The translations under genes and the position numbers were made by a program. DNA of 64,000 nt from assembly GCF_009914755.1 (NCBI RefSeq), contig NC_060931.1; one strand, 5' to 3'. The stretch is from the human T2T-CHM13v2.0 reference genome, Homo sapiens. This document shows, piece after piece, positions 27,585 through 41,985 of this stretch. The notes under the pieces were generated by a model. It made no database searches. It was not told the DNA's origin and was given only the letters and a program-made list of their open reading frames with translations. How positions within the stretch are numbered: the first letter of the stretch is position 1; each line of letters starts with the position of its first letter.

Positions 27585-28375
27585 ACGGTATAGTATAATG
27601 GTTAAGATCATGAACTGCTATGTCATTTGGGGCAAGTTACTTAATCTCTCTGTGCTTCAGTTTTCTTGTCTAAAAACATAGATGATAATAGTGCTTACCT
27701 GTCTGAGATGTTGGGAGGATTAAATGCACAGACACATTTTAACACTTAGAATAGTGCCTCATACATGTTAAGAACCCAGTAGGTACAATCTCTTGTCTGA
27801 TGTGTCAGTTCACAGATTAGAAAGTAGAAAGATCAAATTAAAAATAGATGGAAAATCTATGATTAGCAGATATTAATGGAAAAGTACGAGGCACAACACT
27901 TCATGAAAGAGTATGAAAACACCAGAAGCACAGCATTATGTCACCAGTGAGTACTTCTGCACAGAGCAAGGTGGCTGCTACTGTTTTACAGGACAATGAG
28001 ATAACTGTCCAAAATGATTACTTGCTCCTGAGACATTAGATCATTAGCTTCCTGATGAAGCAGAGAAATATTTTACATAGTTCGGGAAGAGTCACCTCAA
28101 AATTTGTTAAGTTAAAAAGGTTTGGCTTCAGACATCTGGAAAATTAATTTGCATGGCAACTTCATTTAACATCATTACCAAATAATGTGGCACTATTTTC
28201 TCACATCTATCTTTGAAGAAATTGATATAAAACAGCCTTGGATCATGTTTAGCTGATTCCTTACCTATGTGCTCGGTACTTAGTACAAAAATGGACTTTT
28301 AGTGAATAATTAGCATGAATATATTAATATTTTAGTAATAATAATTATAATAGATTTCAGAATTAGAGGCAAACT

Positions 28376-28707
<332 letters not shown>

Positions 28708-29229
28708 TTAGGAGGAATAAGTTCAAGAGGTTTACAATACAACGTGGTGACTATAGTTAATAACAATGTATTAGTTATTCAAAAAAGTAAGCCATTCAAT
28801 AAATATATATGCCGATGATTCAACTCTGTGAAATGCTGTCAGTCAATTACTTGATTTTTACCCTTTCAATAGTCTCTGGGGCTTAAATTGTATCTATATT
28901 GGCTTAAGATCTCCTACCTCTTTAGACTAATTCATTTTAAGCTAAGAAACTGTGCCAGAAAAGTAATGTTTCCTTTTCAAATCTGTGAATAAAACAAGGC
29001 AGAGGTTGATAATTAAGTACAGTTTATCATGTTTCATATCTTGGCACTGTTTAAAGTCTATTTCAGTTTATCTTAAACAATCACATTTATTTTTAAAATG
29101 GTACAGTAAATTCTATCACCTAGGATGGCTGGGGAATGAGACCTATTAATACTGAACACTCTAGAATGGGAGGGGTCCTTGGAAGTCATGAATTCAACTT
29201 ATTATCTTTTAAAAACATGGCAAAAAAGC

Positions 29230-30240
29230 ACTTGTAGAGTGACATAGCAAAACTGGCATGGGAAGGACCTCCAAAGAATCTCTACTCATATAATCAATGA
29301 AAACACTGGTAAAAAACCTGTTAACCTCAATTTTTCTAGAATTCTGGAAATTAACCAAAGTCTTGCGGCAATCTGAGGAGCGTTTATTCACGAAAAGCTG
29401 CTGAATCTCTTAGGAACAGCAAGTGCTATGGAATTATCATTTGCCCTATTCCCATCCCTGCTCCCCTCAGCTGACTAGAAAGCCAAGAGCCTGCAATCCT
29501 GGTGAGAACTGGCAGCCTAGCCGCCACCAGAGGGCGCAGAATGGGGTTGCAGCTCCTTCAAGGCGCCTCTCCCGGAGGATTGCTACTGTATGGCTGGTCT
29601 GGCCTGGAAGACCCCACTCAGGAGGATGTCTTTATTTGACCTGAACTTGAAGCTCGACTAGGGAACAGCCTCCGGTCCCTCCCTCCCCAGGAGGTTACCA
29701 ACGACAGTTAGAGGTAACTATTGATCTCTGAGGCTGCCTGAGGCAGTTGGTAACAGTTGTGCACATGGGGGCTTGACAAGCTCTGACATATTCGTGGAGA
29801 TCTCGAAAGTTACACACATGAATAGGGCTGTGCTTAGGTTCAGGGGCTGTGCATAGTCCCAGGAAAGACCTGCAAAATCCTGAGATCTCTCCTCTGGCTG
29901 ACCTTGAAGCTCTGTGCACCCTTGGTAAAGGCCGGGAGACTCACTGGTTCTAGGCATCTAAGGAAATCTCTGTTCATTCATTAACTGACCACTAAGCTAA
30001 CTGAGTAGAAACTTCAATGACCACATGTGACAAAGAATACAGCCTTTACAGAATTAGTTTAGAAAATGCCATCGAACCGACAAATAAACACAGCAAACGC
30101 TGGAGAGGTGGAAAAGTCTGATTTTCAGAGCTGTCACATTATATTATTTAAAATGTCCTGTTCTCTTAAAGAAAAACAGTTATAAGACATGCAAAGAAAC
30201 AAAGTATGACTCACAGGGGAATAAAAAAACAATGAATGAA
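29230..30240 (+). mobile_element. Old L1M 5' end fragment
   Basis: aatgaaaacactgg...ttctagaattctggaaattaaccaaag...ctgaatctc, and aagacatgcaaagaaac near its end. Confidence 0.65.
29521..29539 (+). promoter_or_regulatory. CTCF core motif CCGCCACCAGAGGGCGCAG
   Basis: Near-consensus match to CCACCAG(G/A)GGGCGC. Binding is not shown by sequence alone. Confidence 0.7.
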
Positions 30241-31624
30241 ATTGCAGTTCTAATGAGAGGGACTCCTCGCCTCACTAGACAGCCCTGTCCACACCGGAAC
30301 AACACTAATTTTTAACAAGCACTCCCTTGTTGGAACCTGCCTTCTTTGTAAGGATGCACTGGTTCTAACTCTGCTCTCAACCCTTCCCTTTTCCATAAGG
30401 TAGACAGTCATAGCTGAAGAATCAATTATCCCTTTCTCTTTAATTATTCTCCTCTCTAGGCTAAATAGTCCTAGTTTTCAAGTTTTCCAAATATGTACAC
30501 TTAATCATTCTGCTGATCCTTTTCTAGACTGTGTTGATTCTGTCAATGTTTCTTTGAAAATGACATTGATTTGTAACTTTAAAAAACTATAAAATGCAAT
30601 GACATATTAAGACAATCAAGGTTATTGAAAATGACTTTGGATTCCAATGACAAAACAGCTTTTTCGGTTGCCCAGAAATGTAGACATGCAATTGTATTGA
30701 CACATCACATAGTTGGGACTTGGTGTCCTTCCAGATCACTGGTCCCTTAAGATTATCTTCACACTCAGGTAGGCAAGTATGCTTTGTTCCAAGCAAAGGT
30801 CCTACCTAGTTAGACTCCTCCATTTATATAGCAAAATATCAGGTGATCATTTCCTCATTTTGTTTAAAAAGCATACAGGTAACTCCTCAAACAAGGCAGA
30901 ACTTCAGTCCTCAAATTTGTCATCAGAATTCATTAAACTATATATTTTATGCTTCTCTATCAAGAGTATCTCCAAAAGAGGTGTCAACTACAAGTTGTCT
31001 AAAAGAAATGAAATCAGTTGACATCTCAGTACTGTATGTCCATCCGTCAAACCAGGTCACCAAAATATGCCAACTTGCAATATATTAACTTATGCCCTTG
31101 CATATTATTTTCCACCAAGGTGTATTTAATGACATGTATTGGAAAACACCATAAGAAACTGCTCTATAAAATTTGTGAAAAATGATATTGAAGATATTTT
31201 TTCTCGATAAAGTAGTAGATATAAAATCCCACTTGATAAAATATTTAGAATTTTGCTCCCTTTGAGGTTAGAATGTTTGCTCTCCTAACATTAGAATTAT
31301 GGTGATGATTGTACCTCCTTTTCACCTGAGCTGTCAGAAAGCTGAGAGGCAAACAGGACACTCAACCACAGTAACTGTCTGTCTTCATGTTAAGCACCTC
31401 TGCTTACTCTTTCCTTTAACTTTGACTTTCCAATTCTGTTTATATTTTATTATTAATTTACTGTATTTTTGTTGTATGCTGCCCTATATCCTTTAATAAA
31501 TTCAATTTTAAAAGATACAGAGTGTAATTATATAAGTAAAAGCACAAATTTCTCTATAGTACATGCAATTAAATGTTTCTTTGCTGACTCATTAGGCATG
31601 TAGAAACTTGCAGCAGACAGGCGT

Positions 31625-32014
31625 TGATATAATTAGTACATTTGTCCCCACCCAAGTCTCATGTTGAAATGTAATCCACAGTGTTGGAAGTAAGGCCTGG
31701 TGGGAGGTGTTTAGATCATGGGGGTAGTTTCCTCATGAATGGCCATCCTCTTGGTGATAACGGAGTTCTCCCAAGATCTGTTTCTTTAAAAGTGTGTAGC
31801 ACCACCCCCCATCTCTCTCTCCGGTTCCTGCTTTGGCCATGTGATGTGCCTGCTGCCGCTTTGCTTTTTGCCATGTGTCAAAGCTCCTTGAGGCCTTCCC
31901 AGGGGCAGATACCATTATCACTTGCCTTTCCTGTACAGCCTGCAGAACTTATTTTCTTATAAATTACCCAGTCTCAAGTATTTATTTCTAGCAATGGAAG
32001 AATTGCCTAACACA
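31625..32014 (+). mobile_element. MaLR MST-type solo LTR
   Basis: TGATA...AACACA termini with 5-bp TSD GGCGT/GGTGT. Confidence 0.88.
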
Positions 32015-34205
32015 GGTGTCATGCTGAATATCAGTGAATCATTTTCACAAGTACTTAAATTTAAGAACCAACTTTCCAAAGAATAGCTCTCTTCTTGAGA
32101 GGACAGTCAGTATTTTTCCAGATTTGTCTGTATAAGATGATTGACCTCCTCAGTCACTCTGTAAATTCTTCATTGAAATAGCTCCAGGGTTTTCTGTCTG
32201 TTCTGAATCACTCTTATTGAAGTAATTCAACCTGAACATAACCCTGAGCATATTTTGAGCCAGTCAAATAATTATGCATAAGGTTTACATTTTTCAGTGT
32301 AAACTTGTCTTGAAAAGTAAGACATTAAGTCTAGATAAAAAACATAGATGTGTTTATATGTATTTATTATACTATTTATAGATATCTAGCTGCATAAACA
32401 AACATTTCTGTAGAGTAAAAAGAGGAGGCAAATGATAAAATTCAAAACTGCATTTCATTTCATAAAGAGTATTTTATTCAGAATAGGAAAGAACTGAAGT
32501 GTACTTATTTGCTTTTCTCAAAATAAAACACTGAATTAATTTTACTTGAAAATGTTTTCTTCCTAAATAAAGCTAGGTTAGCCCCATGTTAATAACTTCA
32601 GATAATGCAAAGGTATGAATAAGACATGTTGGCTAACCTACTTTACTTGCTACAATATTAAAATTCTGGTCAACTATTAGCTGTAAATAATAACACTACC
32701 TTTATCAGAGAAAAATCACAAATCCCCTACATTTCCTGGAATCTATTTGAAGCCATGTCAGGATGCCTCATTTCACTTGAGGAAATTATACACTTGAAAT
32801 TATTCTCTGATCTATCTCCAAAATGAGTTTCTAAAATTGGAAGAACACCCATGGCTTTTCAGTACTCAATATTCACAGGCCACATCAAAAAGTCGGGCAG
32901 CCTTTTAATGTGCTTACGAAGATAAAGTGTAAATAAAATCTAGGTGCCAATACATGCCAATATTAATATTTTTGTAAATAAACATAACTCTCATTTGAAA
33001 TAGCTATATTGATTATCAGATGAAAATATACAGTCTTCAACCCTCTTTCTTCTAGAATTGAAGTAAATGACAGCAGTTAATGAGCTCACAAGATTTAAAC
33101 AGGTTAGACCAAAAGTTCTCCACTGATAATCTTAAGCTCTGCAGGGAAATAATGCTTCCTTTAAAAAAAGCAGCAAGCAATAAAATTCACTACAAGACTT
33201 TCTGTTCTTTAGCTCTCTCTTAGGAGAACAGAAAGATAACTAAATCTGTGCATAGAAAATGCAGTAGAAAAAAGTCATCTTATTATTTCTTGATATACGA
33301 AAGGTCCTCATATCTCATTTAACCCTCGCAATATCCCTATTACATAGGTAGAATAACGAAATGTAAAAGACTGCATTTACTGATCATTTTTCATTTTTAC
33401 CAAAAAAATGTATTTACAAAGAGGCTAGAGTCAGAAAACCTGGAAGGCTTCTTGCTCACTAGTGAGGCCAGTTCCAGCAGCCTGAAGGAGCAGAGTTTAT
33501 TCACAAACCCCTCCTGCAAATATTTTCTCTCTTGGGGGCCCATTTGGGCACCTTAAATTTGCATCTATAAGAAGTTAGAGGGTGTTAAAACAAGCAAAGT
33601 GAAAAACTGGACCAAGTCCCAAAAACTTTGACCTGAAAATCTACCTTCAGCAGCACAAACGCACATAACCAGAAAATACACACTTCACTGTCATTTCAAG
33701 CAAAACTAAGGACAATTTAGTTAGTCAAAAATCTAATCATAGATCAATAAATTTTCTACTTACTTCAGTAAATACCTTAAAAAATTGTTGTTATTGTTGT
33801 CATCGGCTACCACTGTGGTAAGTGGTATACTAACAGTTTCTCATGTCGTATCTCAATTTATCTTTGTATATTACAGTGATGTGGGTACTATTAATATCTT
33901 AGTAGAGATAAGGGAATTGGGATGTAGAAGAAAAAAATCTCTACACTCAGCTTGCTCTTTACCATGTAGTCACCATCTCAAAATTTTAGTATCTCTGCCC
34001 TTAAGTGTTGGCAGGTCACAGAGTTCTGTCCCTGGCTGCATACATTGCATCATTTCCTTGTGTGGTCTTATTTCCCTCCATACCTTCATTGCCTCATGTA
34101 CACTGATGACACCCGTGTAAACTTAGTCCATCCACCCACTCACCCACCCAGTCTGTCCTCCACTTGATCCACAGTAATTAGTGTTTATATAAGAACATAG
34201 CTTCT

Positions 34206-34496
34206 GGCTGGGCACGGTAGCTCACGCCTGTAATCCCAGCACTTTGGGAGGCCGAGGCAGGCGGATCACGAGGTCAGGAGACAGAGACCATCCTGGCTAA
34301 CATGGTGAAACCCCGTCTCTACTAAAAATACAAAAAAAATTAGCCAGGTGTGGTGGCAGGCGCCTGTAGTCCCAGCTGCTCAGGAGGCTGAGGCAGGAGA
34401 ATGGCGTGAACCTGAGAGGCGGAGCTTGCAGTGAGCCGAGATGGCGCCCCTGCACTCCAGCCTGGGCGACAGAGCGAGATTTCATCTCAAAAAAAA
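34206..34496 (+). mobile_element. AluY inserted in an MLT1-type LTR
   Basis: AluY diagnostics (ACCATCCTGGCTAAC, AATGGCGTGAACC). TSD AAGAA(C/T)ATAGCTTC. Confidence 0.95.
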
Positions 34497-34859
34497 GAAT
34501 ATAGCTTCCTAGCCTGACCACATTTCCCAGCCTCCCTTGCAGCTAAGCAAAGCCATGTGAGTTCCTGCCAATAAAATCTGAACAGTGGTGTTAAGTGTAG
34601 GCCTTCATGCATTGGGAGTTCTCTTTCTCATTCTCTTTCTCTCCATGACTGGAACTGGAGAAAAACAGGACCAACTTTGGAAGACAAGATATTTAAAAGG
34701 CAAAGTTGTCTCATCATTCTGGCCCCTGGATGAACTTGTGCAGCAGAGCTGCCTGGCAGCATAGACTAGGTCATTGGTCTATGAAAGAGAGATAAACTCC
34801 CAGCTTATCCAAGCCATTGTATTTTGAGTTAGCACTTTCTTTAATTAGTACACACACAA

Positions 34860-35320
34860 AATCCATATCTCTAGCTGAGTTCTGTCTCCGAAGCTCATAT
34901 TGCCTCCTGGGTTTCTGCACATGGAATACCTGACAAGAACCTTAAATCCAGTATTTCCAAAATGGAACTACTCAACTCTAACCACTCCCTTCAGTAAATG
35001 GCTTCCTCACTGTCAGAGTCCAAATCAGAGTCAAGAATGCTTGCAACTTCCCTGTCGTTCACTCCCCACAGCCAATTTATAACCCAGTCCTGTTCATTCT
35101 GCCTCTGACATATCTTTCACATTCATTCCTTCCTCTCCATATTAAATGCCACAACCTGAATTCCAGCCCCTACCATCACATGATTTATCTGTTAGTTTCC
35201 TACCTTAATTTCCCTGCCTTAAGACCCAATCTTCAGCTTAATTTCCCCACCTCAACTCATTCTCTACAATGCCAATAGCATGATGTTTAAGCTTAAATCT
35301 AAAATTGTTATTTCGTAAGG
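34860..35320. mobile_element. L2 fragment
   Basis: Degenerate L2 core similar to the copy at 22640-23000. Confidence 0.5.
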
Positions 35321-36710
35321 TACTTTTTCAGGTCAAAATATTATCATGGCTTTCACATCCATAAATTTTAAGGGCAAAATTTGCAAGTCTCTACTAATAG
35401 AGTCCAAAAGGAAACATTGTTTGATTGAATAGACAGAATAGAGAACAGGAAACTCACAATTGAATGATGTCGAGAAACAGAGTGAAAGAAAAGAAGAATG
35501 CATTTGTATACCTGAAACAAAACTGGCAAAATAGTTCAAGTCCTGATTCGATCAAGCAAAGCCTGAAGATAAAAAGGGATCTTCCCCCCTACCAAGCCCA
35601 AATTGATCCTGCAGGGCTTTGAATGATAAAACAGATACCACCGCAAGTCACAGTCAACCAGATCTCATCAGCAGCTACTTGCAGAGGAGATAATGAAGTC
35701 AGTAGAGAGACAGGAGGGAGCATCTTTGACTTTATATAAAAGAACCCTGAGAATGGAAATTCTTGGGGATATTCCATCTAAATAACCACTGAACCTGCAA
35801 ACTGCAAACTGCCTACCGTTGACTATCTGAGCAGGAGGCTTTACGGATGTTTATCTGAAAACAAAGTTTCATTATTAAAAAATCAGAATCCTATGACTAC
35901 ATTGTCCTAAACCGTCTTTTTATAGTAATGCCTCAAATTTGTGAATATGTTTCCCTTTTTATTTGGCAACTATTCGCAGACTTCAGTAAAAAATGCCCAC
36001 ATATTATCAGGACATACAGGAGTCTTCAGAATCCAATCCCTGCCTTCGGTATCCCTGTAAATGTGGCCCTTCTCACACCCTGTGCTCCAGCTGTGCTCTC
36101 TTGCTTCCAGCTCTAACTTTGCCCCATTATTTCTTGGCTGGGAATGCCCTTTTTCGACCCTGTGCCCCCCTAATATTTTCTGCACGTGGCTTACAGCTAC
36201 TTATTCTTTAAGATTAGAAGCCCAAAGAGTTACTACCACTACTATGTGTTCCCATTGGTTATCTCAATCATAAAGACAATAGCAATTAAGGATTGCCTGC
36301 TCTGTATCAACCTCCTTTTTTTGGTGCCCCACTTAAATATTTTCTAATTCCTACCTTTTCTTTTAGCCACTGATGTGGGGAATCTGTTCTATGCAGACTT
36401 GACCAACTTCTATGTTGGTGTAACTAGCCAGTACCTAGCTGGAGGTCTAAGCTATGACTTCTCACTCCCTGCCTTAGCCTTCTCTTTTAATACTTGCCCC
36501 TAATTTTTTGTTTCAAGTGTGGCAATTTACTTGGTCTGAAGTAGAATCCTACTAATAACCAGAGAGCTGGGTTGTCTGGGAAAAAAAATAGTTGACCTTA
36601 TAACTAGGTGGAGCTTGCCAGAAGGCCAAGTCCACTCCCAACCATGGCCTTTTATTCCCACAACACTCTGTCAGATCTCCACTTACGGCTCAGGAGTGAT
36701 GAGGAAACAT

Positions 36711-37266
36711 TTATTTTTAATATATTTATTATATTAAATATTTATTATAATATTTAATTTATTTATATATAATTTAATTTATATATAATTTAATTATATA
36801 ATTATTTTTATAATTATATATAATTATTTTTAATTAATTAATTATATATAATTAATTATATATAATTATATATAATTATATATATAATTAAATATAATTA
36901 TTTATATAATTATATGTAATAATATAATTAAATATAATTATATATATAATTAAATATAATTATTATATATACTTATATATAATTAAATATATAAAAATAT
37001 ATAATTAAATATATATAATTTAATTATATAATTATTATATTATATTAAATATTTATTATATTTCATTTATTTATATATATAATTTAATTTATACATATAA
37101 TTTAATTAAATTATATATAATAAATATATTAAATATTTATTATATTTATTTTAATATATTAATTATATTAATATTTAATAATTTAATAATTAATATGATA
37201 TATTACTATTAATTAAATATTAATAAATATTTAATATATTTATTATATTAAATATTTATTATAATA
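36711..37266. repeat. AT-only low-complexity array of about 550 bp
   Basis: Only about 6 G/C bases in 550 bp. Confidence 0.97.
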
Positions 37267-37604
37267 GAATGTTGTATATGAAAATTACAAAGCAAAAGTT
37301 ATTTCTATCAGTCAAAACAAACAGACATACTGTATTGGCTCATCTTTCTAATTGGTCAAAGATGTTAGCAGGAAAGGAGTGTTAACAAAAAGTGTTGAGA
37401 ACTAAAATATTGCCCAGAAAAAATAATATTGGTTATAAAACAAATATCATTTGCCAAGGACAGCAGAGTATAGAGGAGACAGGTGAGAGCAGTATTTCTA
37501 ATCAGGATGAGGGCTCAGAGTGTGAATTCATGAACTCAAACATCATACAACACTCAACGGAGAGAATAAAACCCTCAAACAGCCCATCCCACATGGTTTA
37601 CCAC

Positions 37605-38470
37605 TGATACAGTTTCTCTCCATGACCAAACTCTGTTCAGGCTCCACTGAGTTCTTTTTCAACCGAACCTTGACGTTTGGACTTGGTGTTTGTCTCTGCA
37701 TTGTCCAATTTTAGCAAGAATCTTGGTAAGCTGGTAAGAATGGTGAGATTCCCCATTCTTCATACTTGATCATCCTTGATATCTAACTGGCTTCTTCCTT
37801 ATCCACCCATCGTCCAGCTGACGTCTGATCACCCTGGCCTGCCTTCAGTACGAATCTTGTTAGGTAAGGTTTGATAGAATCCCATCCCTCACCACTATGT
37901 TTCCTCTTAATGATTTTCCATCCTCTGACCCCCAACCTGTTCCTTGACTATAAATTCCCACTTGCCCGTGTTGTATTCTGAATTGAGCCTAATCTGTCTC
38001 CCCCACTGCAAGACCACACTGCAGTGGCCTTATTCCTATCCCAATAATCCCTGCTGAAATAAAGTTTTCCTTATCGTTTTTTTTTTTTTTTTTTTTTTTT
38101 TGAGACAGAGTCTCACTCTGTTGCCCAGGCTGGAGTGCAGTGGCACAATCTAGGCTCACTGCAACCTTCACCGCCTAGGTTCACCTCCCAGGTTTAAGTG
38201 ATTCTCCTTCACCTCCCAGGTTTAAGTGATTCTCCTGCCTCAGCCTCCCAAGTAGCTGGGACTACACACATGCACCACAGCGTCCAGCTAATTTTTGTAT
38301 TTTTAGTAGAGTTAGGGCTTCATCATGTTGGGCTGGTCTAGAACTCCTGACCACAAGTGATCCACCCGCCCCAGCCTCCCAAAGTGTTGGGAATACAGGC
38401 GTGAATCACTGTAACCGGCTCCTTATCTTGTCTTTAACAAGTGTCATTAAATGATTTTTTTTTTCTTTAG
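37605..38470 (+). mobile_element. ERV1 solo LTR (MER31-like) interrupted by an Alu
   Basis: Starts TGATA. TATAAA near 37950, AATAAA near 38058, continues after the Alu. Confidence 0.65.
38077..38420 (-). mobile_element. AluS with an internal tandem duplication
   Basis: Poly(T) on the plus strand, TSD CCTTATC. Confidence 0.95.
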
Positions 38471-39689
38471 CAACATGAGCTACCCTCACTTTTAACCTGT
38501 AGGAGCACCTCTACAAGTCTGTTTACCTTCTGTGAGCACTGGTAACCCATACACATTTGTCATCATGGGGTTCTTTTTCCTGTAAGCCAAGACTCGGAGA
38601 AAAACGTCACATCCCTTCAAAATCACACCCCCTGTTGTTCCCAATTTCCTCTATTTGTCAATGTTTTCTAGCATTGGGAGAAGAAATAAATAAACTTCTA
38701 AAGAGGCATAAATGGGTTTGTCAAAGTGGAAATTATTAAGAATATTTAAAACTGTAACCCAACACATGGAACACAGAAAGTCTGAGGGTCTAAAGGAAAA
38801 GTGTCCCAAAGGCACACAAGTGTGGAGGACATGTCTGTGTCCAGCCCTTACATAAATCTGTGGGAATACTACTTTTCTGAAGAAGCAGCCAATATATTTG
38901 AACAGTAGTCTTTCTTCTAACTACTAGACAAAGAAATGTGTCTCTGGAGGTATATTTTAGTTGACGTTCTGTCCCTCTTTGTTTTACATTTTGAGTCAGT
39001 CCATTTGAAGCAGGGCCTATTGTGAGCCTGTTTACTTCCATTTATTTTTCTTGAGGTAGCACACAGAGGAGTAAAATGGCATTTCAGCCTTTTTGAGGGG
39101 CTACTTATGCTAAGTTTCCTATCTGAGACAGTAAGTGCTGCAACTATTCTTTACAACTGTGTTTTCTTATTCTCTTACATATGGAACCCCAAGAAGAGTT
39201 GAGGAAAGCTATGGCTCTTATTTCCTGGAAAAAAAATGGATATAAAATATTGAAAACAATTTTTGCAGTATCATTTTTTCCTTGAAGTCCATCCAAGAAG
39301 AGCCCTGGTCCATGGGCAAGAGGTTGAGTGTCCCAGCTCTATAAAGACTTATTTTCTAACTGCTGTCTTTTATGTCTTTTATTTATGCTTCTCTTCTCCA
39401 GATCAAGTCAAGACACTGCACTTCAGTAACTGATATGATGAAAAACTCAGCAGGTGAGAGAAGACAAGAGATACCATAGGCTTGTGCTTTGCCAACTTAA
39501 ACTCTGAGTCTGATATTTTGCCAAGGCCAAGTCTTACACCTCGCATTTAGAGTGTGGTTACACAGGTGATTCCAAAGAACAGGGGAGTGGGCTGTCAGTA
39601 ATCACGGGCCCAGACCACCCAAGGGTGGGCCTTTATACTTGCAGTTTCCTCGGCCCAAAACACTGTTCCCCAGCATGGGTGCTTACTTT

Positions 39690-40000
39690 TTGTCAACTGG
39701 TCTCAGTTCACATATCACCTCCTAAGAGGGCCTATTCCTAACAATCTATCTTAAGTAACTCCCTCACCAACAAAGCTCCAGCACATTACCCTGTTCAGAG
39801 TCTTCAAAGTGCTTACCACCACCTGAAATTATTTTCTATTGCTGTTTTTTTTTCTTGTTAAACGTATGTATCCGTAACTAGAATATAAATTACATAGGAG
39901 AAGAGATTTTTGTCTGCAACACTCTCTACTATATCCCTAGCATTTAGAAGAGCAAATGGAACCCAGTAGGCAATCACAAAATATTCTGAATGAATATTGG
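39690..40000. mobile_element. L2 3' end
   Basis: ctcagttcacatatcacctcct...ccctagcatttaga...tgaatgaat. Confidence 0.65.
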
Positions 40001-40339
40001 TTATCGTATCATCATTTTGAATGAGTGAATGTGATAGATCCAAACTGAGGGTCAGAGGTATTTTCATTATAGATTTTTAAACCTATACTTTAATACAAGT
40101 TTGTAGCTTATTATGGATATTTGAAGAGCTGTGTGCCAAACCTAACAAGGCTCCTGAATGTTTCTAAATGTGCAATTGTCGCTATATTTCTGCTGTCATT
40201 TTTCACAGGTTTCCAAATGCGTCATAAAATATTATTGGGTCAGGGACCATGCAGGCTACCAGATGGTTGAGAATGATTTATTTCCTTGACTTCAGACTAC
40301 TGAAGAATGATTGCAGGAAAAAAGCCAGTTTTTATCTCT

Positions 40340-40770
40340 GAGCTTACAGAATATGAAAGATAAGAGAGACCTTGCGGTTCATCTAGTCTGGATTCATTCT
40401 TAATTTAAAAACCCATTCTACACTACCAATGACATGGTTATCTGACCTTGACTTCAATATTTTTAATGATGAGACACTCATTATTTTACAAGATAACCTG
40501 TCTCACAATTGGATGGATTTTGATGAGCAAGGTCTTCCTTCTATTGATTCAAAATTTCCTTCCTGTAACTTCTGGCCCTTGGAGCAACAACGTGTAAGTC
40601 TAGTTCCTGTTCTGAATTATGAACTTTGAAATATTTGAACACATCTCAACTATCTCCCTTCAGTGCTCTCAACTTCTGAATAAACATCCCAAATACCTCC
40701 AGCTGTTCCTCACTTATTTCTCCTTTTGGAACCCTCATCTTCCTACTGAATGATCTCTGGACACACCGTA
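40340..40770. mobile_element. L3/CR1-like relic
   Basis: Weak resemblance to the recalled consensus. Confidence 0.4.
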
Positions 40771-41985
40771 ATTAGGAAACATATGTTCTCCAGGGCAAAG
40801 TAGAATTATGTCTTATTTTTAATTATGGATTTAATTGTACTTATGCCATAAAACTACTAAATGATCCTCTTTTGTAAATCAACTATACATATAATTGCAT
40901 ACTGTATAATTACCAATATCAGCATATGTTATTAGTTGTAAAATGCAAAAGCAGGTTACTCTGATATAATAAGCCCCCATCTTAGCTGGAAGTCTGTGTC
41001 TAAAGAACATCTCATGGCTGACAATGCCAGCTTGCTATTAAAATTCTTCAGATAAAAATATGAACAAATTTCAAAATAATCTGGGCTATCAACTTGCACA
41101 TGCACAATAGTATGGCTTGTTTCAATTTCAAAATTCATGGAGCAAGCAATTATAGATATCCTAAAAGTAAAGCATCCCTTTATAAAGTAGTATTATTAGT
41201 GAAAACAATCTAAGAAAAGCAGTGAGGATGAATTGCAGTTTTACAACAATAAAATTATATTAAATGTTTAATGTGGAACAGTCTTCAGCTAAATAAAGCA
41301 AAACTGAAGAGAATTAGTCCATATTCAGACTTTATGGGAAGATCCGGTAAGTTGATCTCATGATCAATAGTAGTTATAATCATATCATCAGTATTAATCA
41401 CTAAAGCAGATACAAATTATACCATAATGTTGTGGCCCAATAATTGTCCATATTGACTCGCTACCAGTAAAAACTAACAAATGGACAATTCACACTAGGA
41501 AATTTGGTAGGTTTCAATTTACACATCTATACTTCTAACTATACTGTAGCCATCTGTTCTTTTAATGTCTAATAGTAAGTTATAGTATATTTGAATATCC
41601 ATAATATGTTTATATGTAATACTACCTCAGAAATATTAGTACTGTTTTCCGTTTTATGGAATAAGCAGGAGTTTGCCGCATTTATTAGTTGATGATTCCT
41701 ACTACAGACACTAGCCAATATTCAGCTTTCACCCAAAACAAAAGAACTAGGTTCAGTGCCATAATCACTGAAGAACCTACAGACACTAACCTACAACAAC
41801 TTTCTGTTCAATAAACTATATTTTGTATATTCCTTTTCATTCAAAGCCAAATGTTTCTAAACAAAGTATGTATAAAACAATAACATCCAAACATAATGCT
41901 TCTCAGCAGTGTGAGCATGACAAAAAGTATTCTGATCATCTTTTAAAATAAAAAGCCTGAATTATTCAACTGTTTGAATAATTCT

